The notes beneath the pieces were generated by a model that saw nothing but the letters and a program-made list of their open reading frames with translations, searched no databases and was not told the DNA's origin. Positions 51,873-60,565 of a stretch of DNA of 64,000 nt are shown here, one piece after another. Made by a program: the position numbers and the translations under genes. Origin of the DNA: a virus; the IMG/VR virus record IMGVR_UViG_3300044615_000494; one strand, given 5' to 3'. Numbering within the stretch: position 1 is the first letter of the stretch; each line of letters opens with the position of its first letter.

Positions 51873-52070
51873 TTAGATAGTTAACCACATAACACCGAAT
51901 AGTATAATAAAAATCATGGCATAAAATAACGCCGCGCGTAAAGTCAAATTAGGTTTAGGGTACATAGGACAACGACCTTGCTGAAAGTCGCAATATTCTA
52001 CAGGTATGTTATCGCTATCTAATTTCTTCCTACAACCACTAATAGGACACTTGACAATTTCTGTACTCAT
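51873..52070 (-). CDS. Small Cys-rich membrane protein
   Basis: CPISGC...CDFQQGRCP plus C-terminal TM segment. Confidence 0.55.
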   Translation of the reverse strand: MSTEIVKCPISGCRKKLDSDNIPVEYCDFQQGRCPMYPKPNLTLRAALFYAMIFIILFGVMWLTI

Positions 52071-52345
52071 AATAGATTTAATTGTTTGATGAGGCCCACG
52101 GTGCAAATGAACAGCATCACGCCATTAACTAATTGCATGGCTCTGTCGCCCCACTTGTAGCCAACCCAGTACCAACCTAACGCGCCTATCCAACTAGCGG
52201 CAGTATCGTATACTTGCCACTCAGGATTACCTGTACCACGACCTAAAGCCATGCCTACAAGCATGATGATGCTGACACTCCACTTGACATACCACGTAGC
52301 ATCTTGTTTCGGGGTGATGCTTTTGACCTCATTGAACCATTTCAT
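52067..52345 (-). CDS. Small membrane protein
   Basis: WYVKW...IG..GW..VG..W.DRA three-helix pattern. Confidence 0.6.
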   Translation of the reverse strand: MKWFNEVKSITPKQDATWYVKWSVSIIMLVGMALGRGTGNPEWQVYDTAASWIGALGWYWVGYKWGDRAMQLVNGVMLFICTVGLIKQLNLL

Positions 52346-52533
52346 AAACTGCCCTTATACCAATATTGGTCTACTTTTTCCAATACAGGTCCTAAATTGC
52401 TAGGATAGACTACAGCATGATCGTTGAGTACATCATGATTAACCGTTAGGCTACAAACCTCTTTATACATCTCTTTCAATTTTTGAAAGAGTGTCGCTTC
52501 TTCGTTACTGATAACTGTGAAATTCCCGCTCAC
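52342..52533 (-). CDS. Hypothetical protein
   Basis: 63-aa coupled ORF. Confidence 0.5.
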   Translation of the reverse strand: MSGNFTVISNEEATLFQKLKEMYKEVCSLTVNHDVLNDHAVVYPSNLGPVLEKVDQYWYKGSL

Positions 52534-52561
52534 TAGACACCTCGCATTTGCTATTAATATA

Positions 52562-53686
52562 TTATTTCTTATCTACTAAAAAATCAACCATTTCGGGAAA
52601 AGTATTCTTAAAGTTTAATTTACGAAAACCATCGTGCCTCACTAATCTATATCTAAACGTATCAAAGTGTTTGCTGTCGTCTTCAGTATTCAACAGCAAG
52701 ATGAACGGGCTTAGATCAAAACGGCAATTCTCTAATCGATTTATGATGAATTGTTTAGCGTCTTCTCTCCATACAGTAGGTCTTAAGTGAACTGGGTTAT
52801 GTACCCTGCCTAGATAAGGCAACCCTAATCCTATGTCATCACACCATTCTACTAACTCATTTAGATACGCAATATTATATGCGCTGACTGTAGTAGAAAC
52901 ACCTAGTTTGATACTGCTACTGTTTCTAAGTTCTATATATTTTTTTATGTTAGATAGCACTTCTTCCCATACTGCAGGATACCTGATATATTCAAATTTA
53001 TCAGCCACACCATCTATGCTCAACTGCAATTCTACTTCGTTGAAGTGGCTCCATATCTCTAACCATTCATCATCAGGAAACTTAGTGCAGTTTGTTGTAT
53101 AATGAAGGCTGATATCTTTAGCAGAGTTATCATTTATATACATGCGTAACAACTCTTTTTGTTGCTTGACACCACTCAGTAAAGGCTCACCGCCCGGTAT
53201 ATCAAGATGAATCAGATTGGGTGTCTTATCTTTAAAACTCTGTACGAAATCTTCTTTGTAAAAATGATTAGGTTTGACATCCTTACCTAAAAGTATCTTC
53301 CATTCTTGTTGCCATTTACTTGATGCTGATGGGTCGCAGGTTATACAACTCAGATTACATGTGTTTCCGAACGCTACACTAGCGGTGACGAAACCTTTAT
53401 CCTCTGATAATAATGAGCCCCAACGTTCATGGTCTTGAACACGCTTGCTACGTATATCGTTAGCCTCTTCGATCTTACAACGTTCACAACCCTTAGGCCA
53501 TTTTCCTTCTTTGAAATCTCGTTTTACTTCTTTTAGTGTGGGGCTATTGATATATTCATCTATAGATGATGAATTGATGTTGCTAGGTCTGTTGGGATAT
53601 AGAGAACTTTTAAACTTACAGCAAGGAGACATCTCTCCTTGCGGAGAGATGTCTATGTTAGTCCATGGTAATGAACAATAGGGCAT
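52562..53686 (-). CDS. Radical SAM protein with twitch/SPASM-like N-terminal domain
   Basis: CSLPW...PCC...C..C; GNTCNLSCITC; GGEPLL; TTN; SIDG; YIRYP. Confidence 0.88.
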   Translation of the reverse strand: MPYCSLPWTNIDISPQGEMSPCCKFKSSLYPNRPSNINSSSIDEYINSPTLKEVKRDFKEGKWPKGCERCKIEEANDIRSKRVQDHERWGSLLSEDKGFVTASVAFGNTCNLSCITCDPSASSKWQQEWKILLGKDVKPNHFYKEDFVQSFKDKTPNLIHLDIPGGEPLLSGVKQQKELLRMYINDNSAKDISLHYTTNCTKFPDDEWLEIWSHFNEVELQLSIDGVADKFEYIRYPAVWEEVLSNIKKYIELRNSSSIKLGVSTTVSAYNIAYLNELVEWCDDIGLGLPYLGRVHNPVHLRPTVWREDAKQFIINRLENCRFDLSPFILLLNTEDDSKHFDTFRYRLVRHDGFRKLNFKNTFPEMVDFLVDKK

Positions 53687-53693
53687 CAACTAC

Positions 53694-53942
53694 TTAGTCA
53701 GTAAAGGGCTTCCTGTCATGGAATGCATTTTGCCTGATTAGCATCTCAAATGTCTCAAATAGCCGTTCAAACTTGACCTGATAGATCGTCTCAAGGCCCA
53801 ATAGGTAATTGTTGACCTCATCTTCAGTCATATTGCGCCGATCCATCTTGCAACGGCTGAGTTCTTTGATATCTTCAACTACGCTCCAGCAGTTCATGAT
53901 ATCTTGCTCTAGGTCAAATCGTGTTCGATTAGTCTCACTCAT
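53694..53942 (-). CDS. Conserved phage hypothetical protein
   Basis: RFDLEQDIM.CW.VV.D and F..L...FE motifs. Confidence 0.65.
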   Translation of the reverse strand: MSETNRTRFDLEQDIMNCWSVVEDIKELSRCKMDRRNMTEDEVNNYLLGLETIYQVKFERLFETFEMLIRQNAFHDRKPFTD

Positions 53943-54165
53943 CTTTTACTCCATAGTATTTGAGGATCAATTTAAAGGCTTCGATATGCTCTTTGATTAG
54001 TGCTAAATCGGTAGTCTTATCTGTTTCAAAAATAGCCATGCCTGTGCCTTTCTTGCGCTTCTTTAGATCCTCTTGTAGATTAGCCTTGAGGCTAACAAGT
54101 TCCTGTTTGACGATACCATCGATGGTATTCCAATCTAGTTCAACTGTCACTTTACGTGCTTCCAT
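53935..54165 (-). CDS. Hypothetical protein
   Basis: RBS AAGGA; 76 aa. Confidence 0.6.
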   Translation of the reverse strand: MEARKVTVELDWNTIDGIVKQELVSLKANLQEDLKKRKKGTGMAIFETDKTTDLALIKEHIEAFKLILKYYGVKDE

Positions 54166-54252
54166 GATATTCCTTATTCAATAAAAACCCAATAGATCCC
54201 TAGTAGGATCACGTACACAAAAACGATGTTAGCAACGCTAATCCAGAAATCT

Positions 54253-54714
54253 TTACTCATTTGTTTCCTCTTTAGTTAATTCACATACCAATAAGAAATG
54301 TTCGTATGCTTTTTTGACACTAGGATTAGACAGTAGTTTTTCAGCCTCATCCTGCATAGCCTTGACAGCAGTTTCACACGCTTCTCTGGCACTAGGCCAT
54401 TCTAACCTACGTGCGTCTTCACCGAACTCTTTGACTAGATTTTCCCAAGCCTCTTTTTGTTTTTTTGTGATAGGTTTAGTACGTGGGCGCAAGTCAGTAG
54501 CCTTCCTGATCACTTCACTGATCTTATCTTCTGCTACACGACCAGCGGCAATCATAGGCGCATATGCGATATTGATACTATATCGTGTGCTACGACCGCC
54601 TGGATACACACATACCAAGTGCGCACCTTTAGGCATAGCATCCATCAATACTTGGTCGTACTCATATACAGGCTTATACCTGCGACCAACTTTCTCGTAA
54701 AAAATTTTCTTCAT
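54253..54714 (-). CDS. Conserved phage hypothetical protein
   Basis: FYEKVGRRY.PV.EY and YAPMIAA motifs. Confidence 0.65.
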   Translation of the reverse strand: MKKIFYEKVGRRYKPVYEYDQVLMDAMPKGAHLVCVYPGGRSTRYSINIAYAPMIAAGRVAEDKISEVIRKATDLRPRTKPITKKQKEAWENLVKEFGEDARRLEWPSAREACETAVKAMQDEAEKLLSNPSVKKAYEHFLLVCELTKEETNE

Positions 54715-54720
54715 GATAAC

Positions 54721-54966
54721 TTAATCAAAAATCTTAGACCAGACAGTTAGTTTCTCACGTTTGGATTGTTTAGCCACATCTAATTCTTCTTTAGTGATGA
54801 TGTTGTTTTCTAACATCAAGTCAATCATGCACCAAACATCACCTACCTCTTTAATTAGATGATCTCGGTTAGAGTCCATACCGAAACGTCTTACCTTGCT
54901 AATGACTTGAACCAACTCCCCGCATTCTTCCTGCGTGATAGTGAAAATCTCTTCTATCTTATCCAC
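54721..54966 (-). CDS. MazG-like nucleotide pyrophosphatase
   Basis: EECGELVQ..SK..RFG...E.GDV motif; GTG start. Confidence 0.7.
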   Translation of the reverse strand: MDKIEEIFTITQEECGELVQVISKVRRFGMDSNRDHLIKEVGDVWCMIDLMLENNIITKEELDVAKQSKREKLTVWSKIFD

Positions 54967-55384
54967 GGCGCATCCTTGAAATGTCTTGCATCTGTTCTTC
55001 GTTGATAACGGGAACAGCATTGCTCTTATGCATAGTAGCAATACCTTTGATCAACGTACCTGTATACTTAGGTGGTTCTTTCTTAGCGCAACTATCGGGA
55101 CTACCCATAGTTTGCAAACTAGGAATATGTTGTGTAGTCTCTCGCCTATAAGGAGTATCGTTAAAAATCTTTACCGAGGACACTTGCGCAATTTTGCCGC
55201 GAACGATACCGCGACGGTTGTCTACATACTCATCGAAATCAATCTTGGGCAGTCCTTGACGTTTCTGATCACGATTATGTTGCATCCAATCAACCTGCAA
55301 TTCGGCATACTTAGCCTTAGTCATTTTGAACTTTGGCTTGCGAGTGTTGAGTGTGCAAACACCACGGATAAGATGCATTGTCAT
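54959..55384 (-). CDS. Conserved phage hypothetical protein
   Basis: YTG...KGIATMHKSNAVPV motif. Confidence 0.7.
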   Translation of the reverse strand: MTMHLIRGVCTLNTRKPKFKMTKAKYAELQVDWMQHNRDQKRQGLPKIDFDEYVDNRRGIVRGKIAQVSSVKIFNDTPYRRETTQHIPSLQTMGSPDSCAKKEPPKYTGTLIKGIATMHKSNAVPVINEEQMQDISRMRRG

Positions 55385-55391
55385 AATATAA

Positions 55392-55721
55392 TTATAATAC
55401 AGAATTTAAATGTTTGCAAGTACCTCGGAACTGGAATCCAGCACAAGTGCAAGTCTTGTTGTCCGGATCTACAAAATAGGTATCGCCCTTGCTACCGGAT
55501 ACTTTGATTAGATTGGTCTCGACTTTGACCTTGAAGGGATTCTTTTTGAGTTCCACAAACTGGCGACCACGCTTGTCGATGCGCAAAGGCTTCTTAAAGT
55601 AGAATGCATCACCTTCGCCCCACTTGATGTATGCAACAGCCTTGTCACCATCTAGCAAATAGATATGATTGGGTTGCTTGTATTCAACATCCCATTTAGT
55701 AGTTTCACGCACAGCAATCAT
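55392..55721 (-). CDS. SWIM zinc-finger protein
   Basis: GSKG.TY.V...CTCAGF....CKH. Confidence 0.75.
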   Translation of the reverse strand: MIAVRETTKWDVEYKQPNHIYLLDGDKAVAYIKWGEGDAFYFKKPLRIDKRGRQFVELKKNPFKVKVETNLIKVSGSKGDTYFVDPDNKTCTCAGFQFRGTCKHLNSVL

Positions 55722-55740
55722 ATATCACCTGTAGAAAAAG

Positions 55741-55825
55741 ATGCGGGACTTGATCGCTTCAATTGAAGCAGGGGTGCCCGCACAACCCATATTAGAAGTA
55801 TACTGTACTAGTATGCTAATGTCAA
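55741..55825 (-). promoter_or_regulatory. sigma70 promoter followed immediately by a strong hairpin and U-run
   Basis: TTGACA(55825)-17-TATACT; TGCGGG...CCCGCA stem enclosing GCTTCAATTGAAGC; TCTTTTTC. Confidence 0.6.
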
Positions 55826-55827
55826 GC

Positions 55828-56118
55828 CTAAGCATGATATTTCATAAAGTGAGTTAGTATTTGACTGGCCCTGCTTAGATCAAAATTCTCTTGACGATAG
55901 TGCCACAATTTTTTTCTTTCTGCGACTTCAAGGGCTTTCATAAGCATAAACTTTTCATCTAGACTTTTTGTAGTCATCAATAGTTTATTCATATCATGTA
56001 TATCAACACTATACTCTACCCATTTTACTGTGCTATCAATGCGATCCCTAGGAATCATCATTGGGCCTTTGCTAGTACTAGCAGTATATTTTACAGCATA
56101 ACGTTTAGCATTAAACAT
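55828..56118 (-). CDS. Hypothetical protein
   Basis: RBS AAAGGTG; upstream promoter at 56149-56177. Confidence 0.65.
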   Translation of the reverse strand: MFNAKRYAVKYTASTSKGPMMIPRDRIDSTVKWVEYSVDIHDMNKLLMTTKSLDEKFMLMKALEVAERKKLWHYRQENFDLSRASQILTHFMKYHA

Positions 56119-56148
56119 ATAACACCTTTTCTAGTTGATAGAATTAGT

Positions 56149-56182
56149 ATTATATGCCCAAATTGACCCAATGTCAAGCCTT
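56149..56182 (-). promoter_or_regulatory. Early sigma70 promoter
   Basis: AGGC-TTGACA-17-TATAAT with TTGAC-ATTGG-GTCAA palindrome. Confidence 0.8.
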
Positions 56183-56462
56183 AATCACCGCTGTCGATTT
56201 CGTACCTATGACCACAATCCGTGCAAGTATATTCTGTCAAACACCGACCGGTCGTGCGACTAGTATATTTGTGCTTGCAGGGCTGTCCCTCTTTGTTCAA
56301 GGGCACTTGACCACTAGCACGACCATACATAGTTTGCCCACCACAATTGCTACAAGCCCTGTGTGTCTTGTCCTTATTCCAACTATACTTCAATTCACCG
56401 TCTGTAAGAGGGACTTCCTTAGTACCATTACAAACCGGGCAAACTCCATATTCAATCGCCAT
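56181..56462 (-). CDS. Cys-rich Zn-finger protein
   Basis: CPVCNG, CSNCGG, C.H and CTDCG motifs. Confidence 0.65.
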   Translation of the reverse strand: MAIEYGVCPVCNGTKEVPLTDGELKYSWNKDKTHRACSNCGGQTMYGRASGQVPLNKEGQPCKHKYTSRTTGRCLTEYTCTDCGHRYEIDSGD

Positions 56463-56474
56463 TTTAATTTCCTA

Positions 56475-56930
56475 TTAAGAACCAGTTGTCATGAAAAGAA
56501 TTTCGGGGTTGACCGAACTTTGCTTGAAATGTTCGATAAACACATGATGGTTGTCGCCGCTGTCACGGATGAGTGCATTACCTGCGACATACAATGCCGC
56601 CCAAGTACTACCATTGATAGCGACCTCTTGATCGCCTGAACCAAACGCACTATAGACTACCTTAGTAGCGCCCTCGAACGGATGACGTTCGCTAAGGTTG
56701 TCAACCTCGTAGACAGACCAAATCGCATCAAGACCAAGTTCCTTCTTGACCTCACTATAATGCTCATGCTTGTTATCGAATGAATCTTGATCTTGTGCAT
56801 AAGCACCAGCAAGAGCCTCACGAATCTTTTGAGCACCTGTCACAGCATCCATGCTATTAAACTCTAGATGCCAGAGGATGTTGTGAATCTCAGAAAATTC
56901 CTTAGCAGTCAATGTCACATCGCAATTCAT
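56475..56930 (-). CDS. Early hypothetical protein
   Basis: TWAALYVA...I..SGD.HHVFIE.F motif. Confidence 0.65.
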   Translation of the reverse strand: MNCDVTLTAKEFSEIHNILWHLEFNSMDAVTGAQKIREALAGAYAQDQDSFDNKHEHYSEVKKELGLDAIWSVYEVDNLSERHPFEGATKVVYSAFGSGDQEVAINGSTWAALYVAGNALIRDSGDNHHVFIEHFKQSSVNPEILFMTTGS

Positions 56931-56995
56931 ATCAGTCTCCGTTTCTCAACTCTATGTAACTATTATAGTACCAAATTGACCCAAAGTCAAGCCTT
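56931..56995 (-). repeat. Early promoter cassette copy C
   Basis: AGGC-TTGACTTTGGGTCAA...TATAATAGTTACATAGAGTTGAGAAACGGAGA, near-identical to copy B. Confidence 0.88.
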
Positions 56996-57254
56996 AATAG
57001 TCATACTCGTAAAACTTAACTGCCGGATCCAACTTGCGTAGTTCCTTAGCGGCAGCATCCAATTCCTTATAACGACGGTTAACTTCTGCACGGGGCAGTT
57101 CGCCATCGCATGTCAAGTTCTCGGGACTCAGTGCCGCATCGATCATATCCGCAACACGCTGGCGACCAGCGGCAGTCTTGATTTCATATTGCTCACCGTT
57201 GAAAAAACTGTTCCAACGATTCTTTTGATCTATGAATTTCTGTAGTGCTTTCAT
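56994..57254 (-). CDS. Early hypothetical protein
   Basis: LSPENLTCDGE motif. Confidence 0.65.
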   Translation of the reverse strand: MKALQKFIDQKNRWNSFFNGEQYEIKTAAGRQRVADMIDAALSPENLTCDGELPRAEVNRRYKELDAAAKELRKLDPAVKFYEYDY

Positions 57255-57366
57255 TTCTATCTCCGTTTCTCAACTCTATGTATTAATTATAGACCCATGA
57301 TACCCAAAAGTCAAGCCTTTTAGCCATTATTTTATGGATATTTTGTTGTTTAAAAACAACAACTTA
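57255..57366 (-). repeat. Early promoter cassette copy D
   Basis: TAAGTTGTTGTTTTTAAACAACAAAATATCC hairpin, TTGACT-17-TATAAT and shared leader. Confidence 0.88.
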
Positions 57367-57567
57367 CAGACGGATTTTGTCGAAAATCTGCTGTTGTAAA
57401 CGTGCAACATCATCACGGGGCACGTAAAAGTCGGTCTGCGGGTCCCAATAATCCCCTGCTTTGGGATCGTAATAAAGCACCGCACCTGACGGGTAGAAGA
57501 ACGGACCCTCGAGGCCCTTACGGGGTTGATACTTGCGCTCCAACTCAGATAGTACACGGAAACCCAT
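57364..57567 (-). CDS. Early hypothetical protein
   Basis: GLEGPF...LYYDPKAG.Y.DP.TD motif; RBS AAGGAG. Confidence 0.65.
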   Translation of the reverse strand: MGFRVLSELERKYQPRKGLEGPFFYPSGAVLYYDPKAGDYWDPQTDFYVPRDDVARLQQQIFDKIRL

Positions 57568-57577
57568 AACTCACTCC

Positions 57578-57847
57578 TTAAAGAAGATCAACTTGAACAT
57601 CGTACTCAACTTGCTCACCGGTCTCACCGAAGACCTTCTCGCGGCGTAGCAGACCAGTGGGACGCTTACCTTCAGGCAAATACTGATCGAAACCTAAGTT
57701 AGTCAACGCAGAACTGACCGCGATACGTTGGCTAGTGAAACACATATCGAAAACGCCTTTGACGGTCGTCACGAAACCGATCCCATTGATGATCACACGG
57801 ATCTTTTGGTTATTGTCAAGTCCCATGATATATCGCTTCGTCTTCAT
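57578..57847 (-). CDS. Early hypothetical protein
   Basis: RBS AGGAG; 89 aa. Confidence 0.6.
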   Translation of the reverse strand: MKTKRYIMGLDNNQKIRVIINGIGFVTTVKGVFDMCFTSQRIAVSSALTNLGFDQYLPEGKRPTGLLRREKVFGETGEQVEYDVQVDLL

Positions 57848-57966
57848 TAGTATCTCCTAAAATCTCAGTATGTAGTTATTATGCTCCCTAATGGGTCAAA
57901 AGTCAAGCCTTTTATGCCATTATTTCGCCATAAAAAAGGCGTTGTAAATCAACAACTTACAACGCC
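57848..57966 (-). repeat. Early promoter cassette copy E with 10-bp perfect hairpin
   Basis: GGCGTTGTAA-GTTGTTGAT-TTACAACGCC plus T6; AGGC-TTGACT-17-CATAAT. Confidence 0.8.
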
Positions 57967-57989
57967 AGGATGTTGTGTAAAAACAACGG

Positions 57990-59447
57990 TTATAGTCCCA
58001 AATATGCTTTCTTTTTTGCTATGTATATCTGTTTAAGTTGGGCACTCACGTTATACGCTTGGTTTCTCAATTGTTCGTATATGATTTTTTTGCCGGGTCT
58101 CAACAATCCTAGTGAACGGAATCCAGCATACTCAAAATGATTCATCAATAGAATTCTCTGCCCTATGCTTTCATATAATTCACTTACGAAAGTTTGTGCT
58201 TGTTTATAATCTATCCAATCACTATTCCAATCTAAAGTATTAGTTTCTTTATCTCCGTGCAAAGATGTTATGGGAATTCTTTTAGTTTTAAAACCGTATT
58301 TTTCTGGTTCTTTATCTAAGTCACTTAAAAAATAACTATCGGTTAAACTATTAGAACTAGTGATGACTAAAGGATATACTTGCAAGCCCCATAACAATTT
58401 TTCATCAATGACACGTTCGATGCTATCAACAATAGACTGTTTATTGTCTCCTTCTAATCCTACAATTAAACTACCGATAGTATACGTATCAGGACAGCGT
58501 TTCTTGATCTCACGTAGTGTTTCAAAGTTATCAATCAAGCCGGTACGTTTGCGCATAGTCTTACTAACATCAGGATTGAAACTCTCTATACCAAAAAACA
58601 ATGCGGAGAACTGTATCTTTTCAATAAGGTCTAATTGATGTTTGCGCTTACTAAACAAATCCAGTCTAGCAAAACTTGTTATCTTAGGACTATAATCAAG
58701 GCCCTCCATAGCCTCTACTATGATCTCTAGTTTCTGATCGCTCTCGTTGATAGTATCATCGCTAGTATAAAAATTAGTGATTCCGTATTTTTTATATGCG
58801 ACTTCAAAATAATGATGTAACTCTTTAGGGTCTAGAAACTTAGTGATCTTGGCGTTACGTAATTCATAGTTACAGAAAGTACAATTAAATTTGCAACCTA
58901 CACCGATCTCAAAACCTAATATATCCCTATTTAAAAAGCAATTGTCTTCATCGTCTATGTTAGGTAATACGGGCTCATCGATTACTTGATCAAAATCATG
59001 ATTCAGTAAAACTAGAGGTGAATTGTGAACGATATACTTAGACAAATCCTTATTAGTCACCCAAGCATCAAACATCTCCATGCTTCTTCCTAAGAAGAAG
59101 ACTTCGATAAGATCATCTAATGTCTTTTGAAAAGTTCTGCTGCCGCCGTGAATTATTTTAAGTTTGGGGTATCTTGCTTTAGCATCCCTCAAGAAAGATT
59201 CAATCTTATACAAGTCACGATTATCAAAAGGTGTTGATACTGCTATGACTGGTTCGTCCGTGTCTTTGAAGTATGCGCCTGCAGCCGCAATTAGATCATC
59301 TATCTTCCAATGAGTGAACCACTCAAGTATAGTAGCATCATGACCGTGCCTTTTTGCACGTTTCTTTAACTCAAAGGCACCCAGGCCCCTGTAATGCAGG
59401 TAGGGCCAAGCGCCATTGCTGTTCTCGCATAATATCAGGAATTTCAT
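57990..59447 (-). CDS. B12-binding-like radical SAM protein
   Basis: EIGVGCKFNCTFC, DDTIN, FGIESFN and LIVGL motifs; divergent N-terminal domain. Confidence 0.8.
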   Translation of the reverse strand: MKFLILCENSNGAWPYLHYRGLGAFELKKRAKRHGHDATILEWFTHWKIDDLIAAAGAYFKDTDEPVIAVSTPFDNRDLYKIESFLRDAKARYPKLKIIHGGSRTFQKTLDDLIEVFFLGRSMEMFDAWVTNKDLSKYIVHNSPLVLLNHDFDQVIDEPVLPNIDDEDNCFLNRDILGFEIGVGCKFNCTFCNYELRNAKITKFLDPKELHHYFEVAYKKYGITNFYTSDDTINESDQKLEIIVEAMEGLDYSPKITSFARLDLFSKRKHQLDLIEKIQFSALFFGIESFNPDVSKTMRKRTGLIDNFETLREIKKRCPDTYTIGSLIVGLEGDNKQSIVDSIERVIDEKLLWGLQVYPLVITSSNSLTDSYFLSDLDKEPEKYGFKTKRIPITSLHGDKETNTLDWNSDWIDYKQAQTFVSELYESIGQRILLMNHFEYAGFRSLGLLRPGKKIIYEQLRNQAYNVSAQLKQIYIAKKKAYLGL

Positions 59448-59456
59448 TAACTATAT

Positions 59457-60050
59457 TTACACGACCCTCTTGTCGAGAATCTTATCAGCAAGGCCGTATT
59501 CCAATGCCTGCTGTGCGCTCATGAAAAAGTCACGCTCCATGTCTTTAGCAAGTTCTTCATATGTCTTGCCTTTGCTATTATGCTTGACGTAGATGTTGGT
59601 TAGATTCTTTTTCATCTCAAGGATTTCCTTGACTTGAATCTCCATGTCAGTTGCTTGACCACGTGCGCCGCCACTTGGTTGATGAATCATGTGACGGGCA
59701 TTAGGTAGAATCATTCGCTTACTTGCGGCACCTGCTTGTGCAAGCAAACTACCCATGCTACAAGCCTGTCCCATGACGATAGTTGAAACGTCTGGTTGAA
59801 TGAATTGCATAGCATCATAGATAGCCATACCAGCAGTCACGCTACCACCTGGACTATTGATGTAAAGGCTGATATCTTTTTCAGGATTTTCTGATTCAAG
59901 ATAAAGTAATTGGGCAACGATAAGATTTGCCATCTGATCGTGGACCTCACCCTCAAGTAAGATCACACGATCACGTAATAGACGGCTATAGATATCGTAA
60001 CTACGCTCACCGCGGCTTGTCTGCTCAAGGACTATTGGAACTAAACTCAT
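59457..60050 (-). CDS. clpP: ATP-dependent Clp protease proteolytic subunit
   Basis: [22 protein letters not shown] (Ser), MIHQP (His), MERD (Asp). Confidence 0.97.
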   Translation of the reverse strand: MSLVPIVLEQTSRGERSYDIYSRLLRDRVILLEGEVHDQMANLIVAQLLYLESENPEKDISLYINSPGGSVTAGMAIYDAMQFIQPDVSTIVMGQACSMGSLLAQAGAASKRMILPNARHMIHQPSGGARGQATDMEIQVKEILEMKKNLTNIYVKHNSKGKTYEELAKDMERDFFMSAQQALEYGLADKILDKRVV

Positions 60051-60112
60051 ATATTCTCCTGTAATTGATAGTTATAATAAACTATCTAGCAGACAAAATC
60101 AAATGAAACGGA

Positions 60113-60343
60113 TTACTTTGCTAATTTAAAATTAGGAAACTGACCAATTTCTTTGCTGATTACTGTACTGATCTCAGCGCCGGTCTTTACTACTTGCTTG
60201 GCAAAGTTTGTCTGTGCATCGACAAAACCATTCATGGCTTCAGCAATCTTCTCGTCTTTAACGAATTGCTTTACCCATTCTTTCTTTGCACCTTGGACCA
60301 TACTAATACCTAAATTTGCGTTATCTGATAACATTGTAAACAT
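60113..60343 (-). CDS. Phasin-like amphipathic helical protein
   Basis: Q.AKK..V..FV..E.I...M..FVDAQT.FAK pattern; RBS AAAGGA; start MFTMLSD. Confidence 0.45.
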   Translation of the reverse strand: MFTMLSDNANLGISMVQGAKKEWVKQFVKDEKIAEAMNGFVDAQTNFAKQVVKTGAEISTVISKEIGQFPNFKLAK

Positions 60344-60344
60344 T

Positions 60345-60485
60345 TTATTTCCTTTTTTGAGTTTGATTATAAGCCACGAGTTCGCGGGCTTGTTCAGCAT
60401 AGCCACGATTATAAAGAATATGTGCGGCTCTTGCTGTAGCGAATACTTCATACCACTCCATAAAGGAGTTCCATAACTTTCTCAT
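60345..60485 (-). CDS. Small protein (46 aa) upstream of the phasin-like gene
   Basis: RBS GAAAGGA; MRKLWNSFMEWYEVFATARAAHILYNRGYAEQARELV; stop 1 nt before the next ATG. Confidence 0.65.
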   Translation of the reverse strand: MRKLWNSFMEWYEVFATARAAHILYNRGYAEQARELVAYNQTQKRK

Positions 60486-60565
60486 GATAATCCTTTCATA
60501 TGGAAGTTAGTGTGAGAAGAACATCTCACAGTGTATTTATGCTGCGGCGCAACAATTTGAAATTT

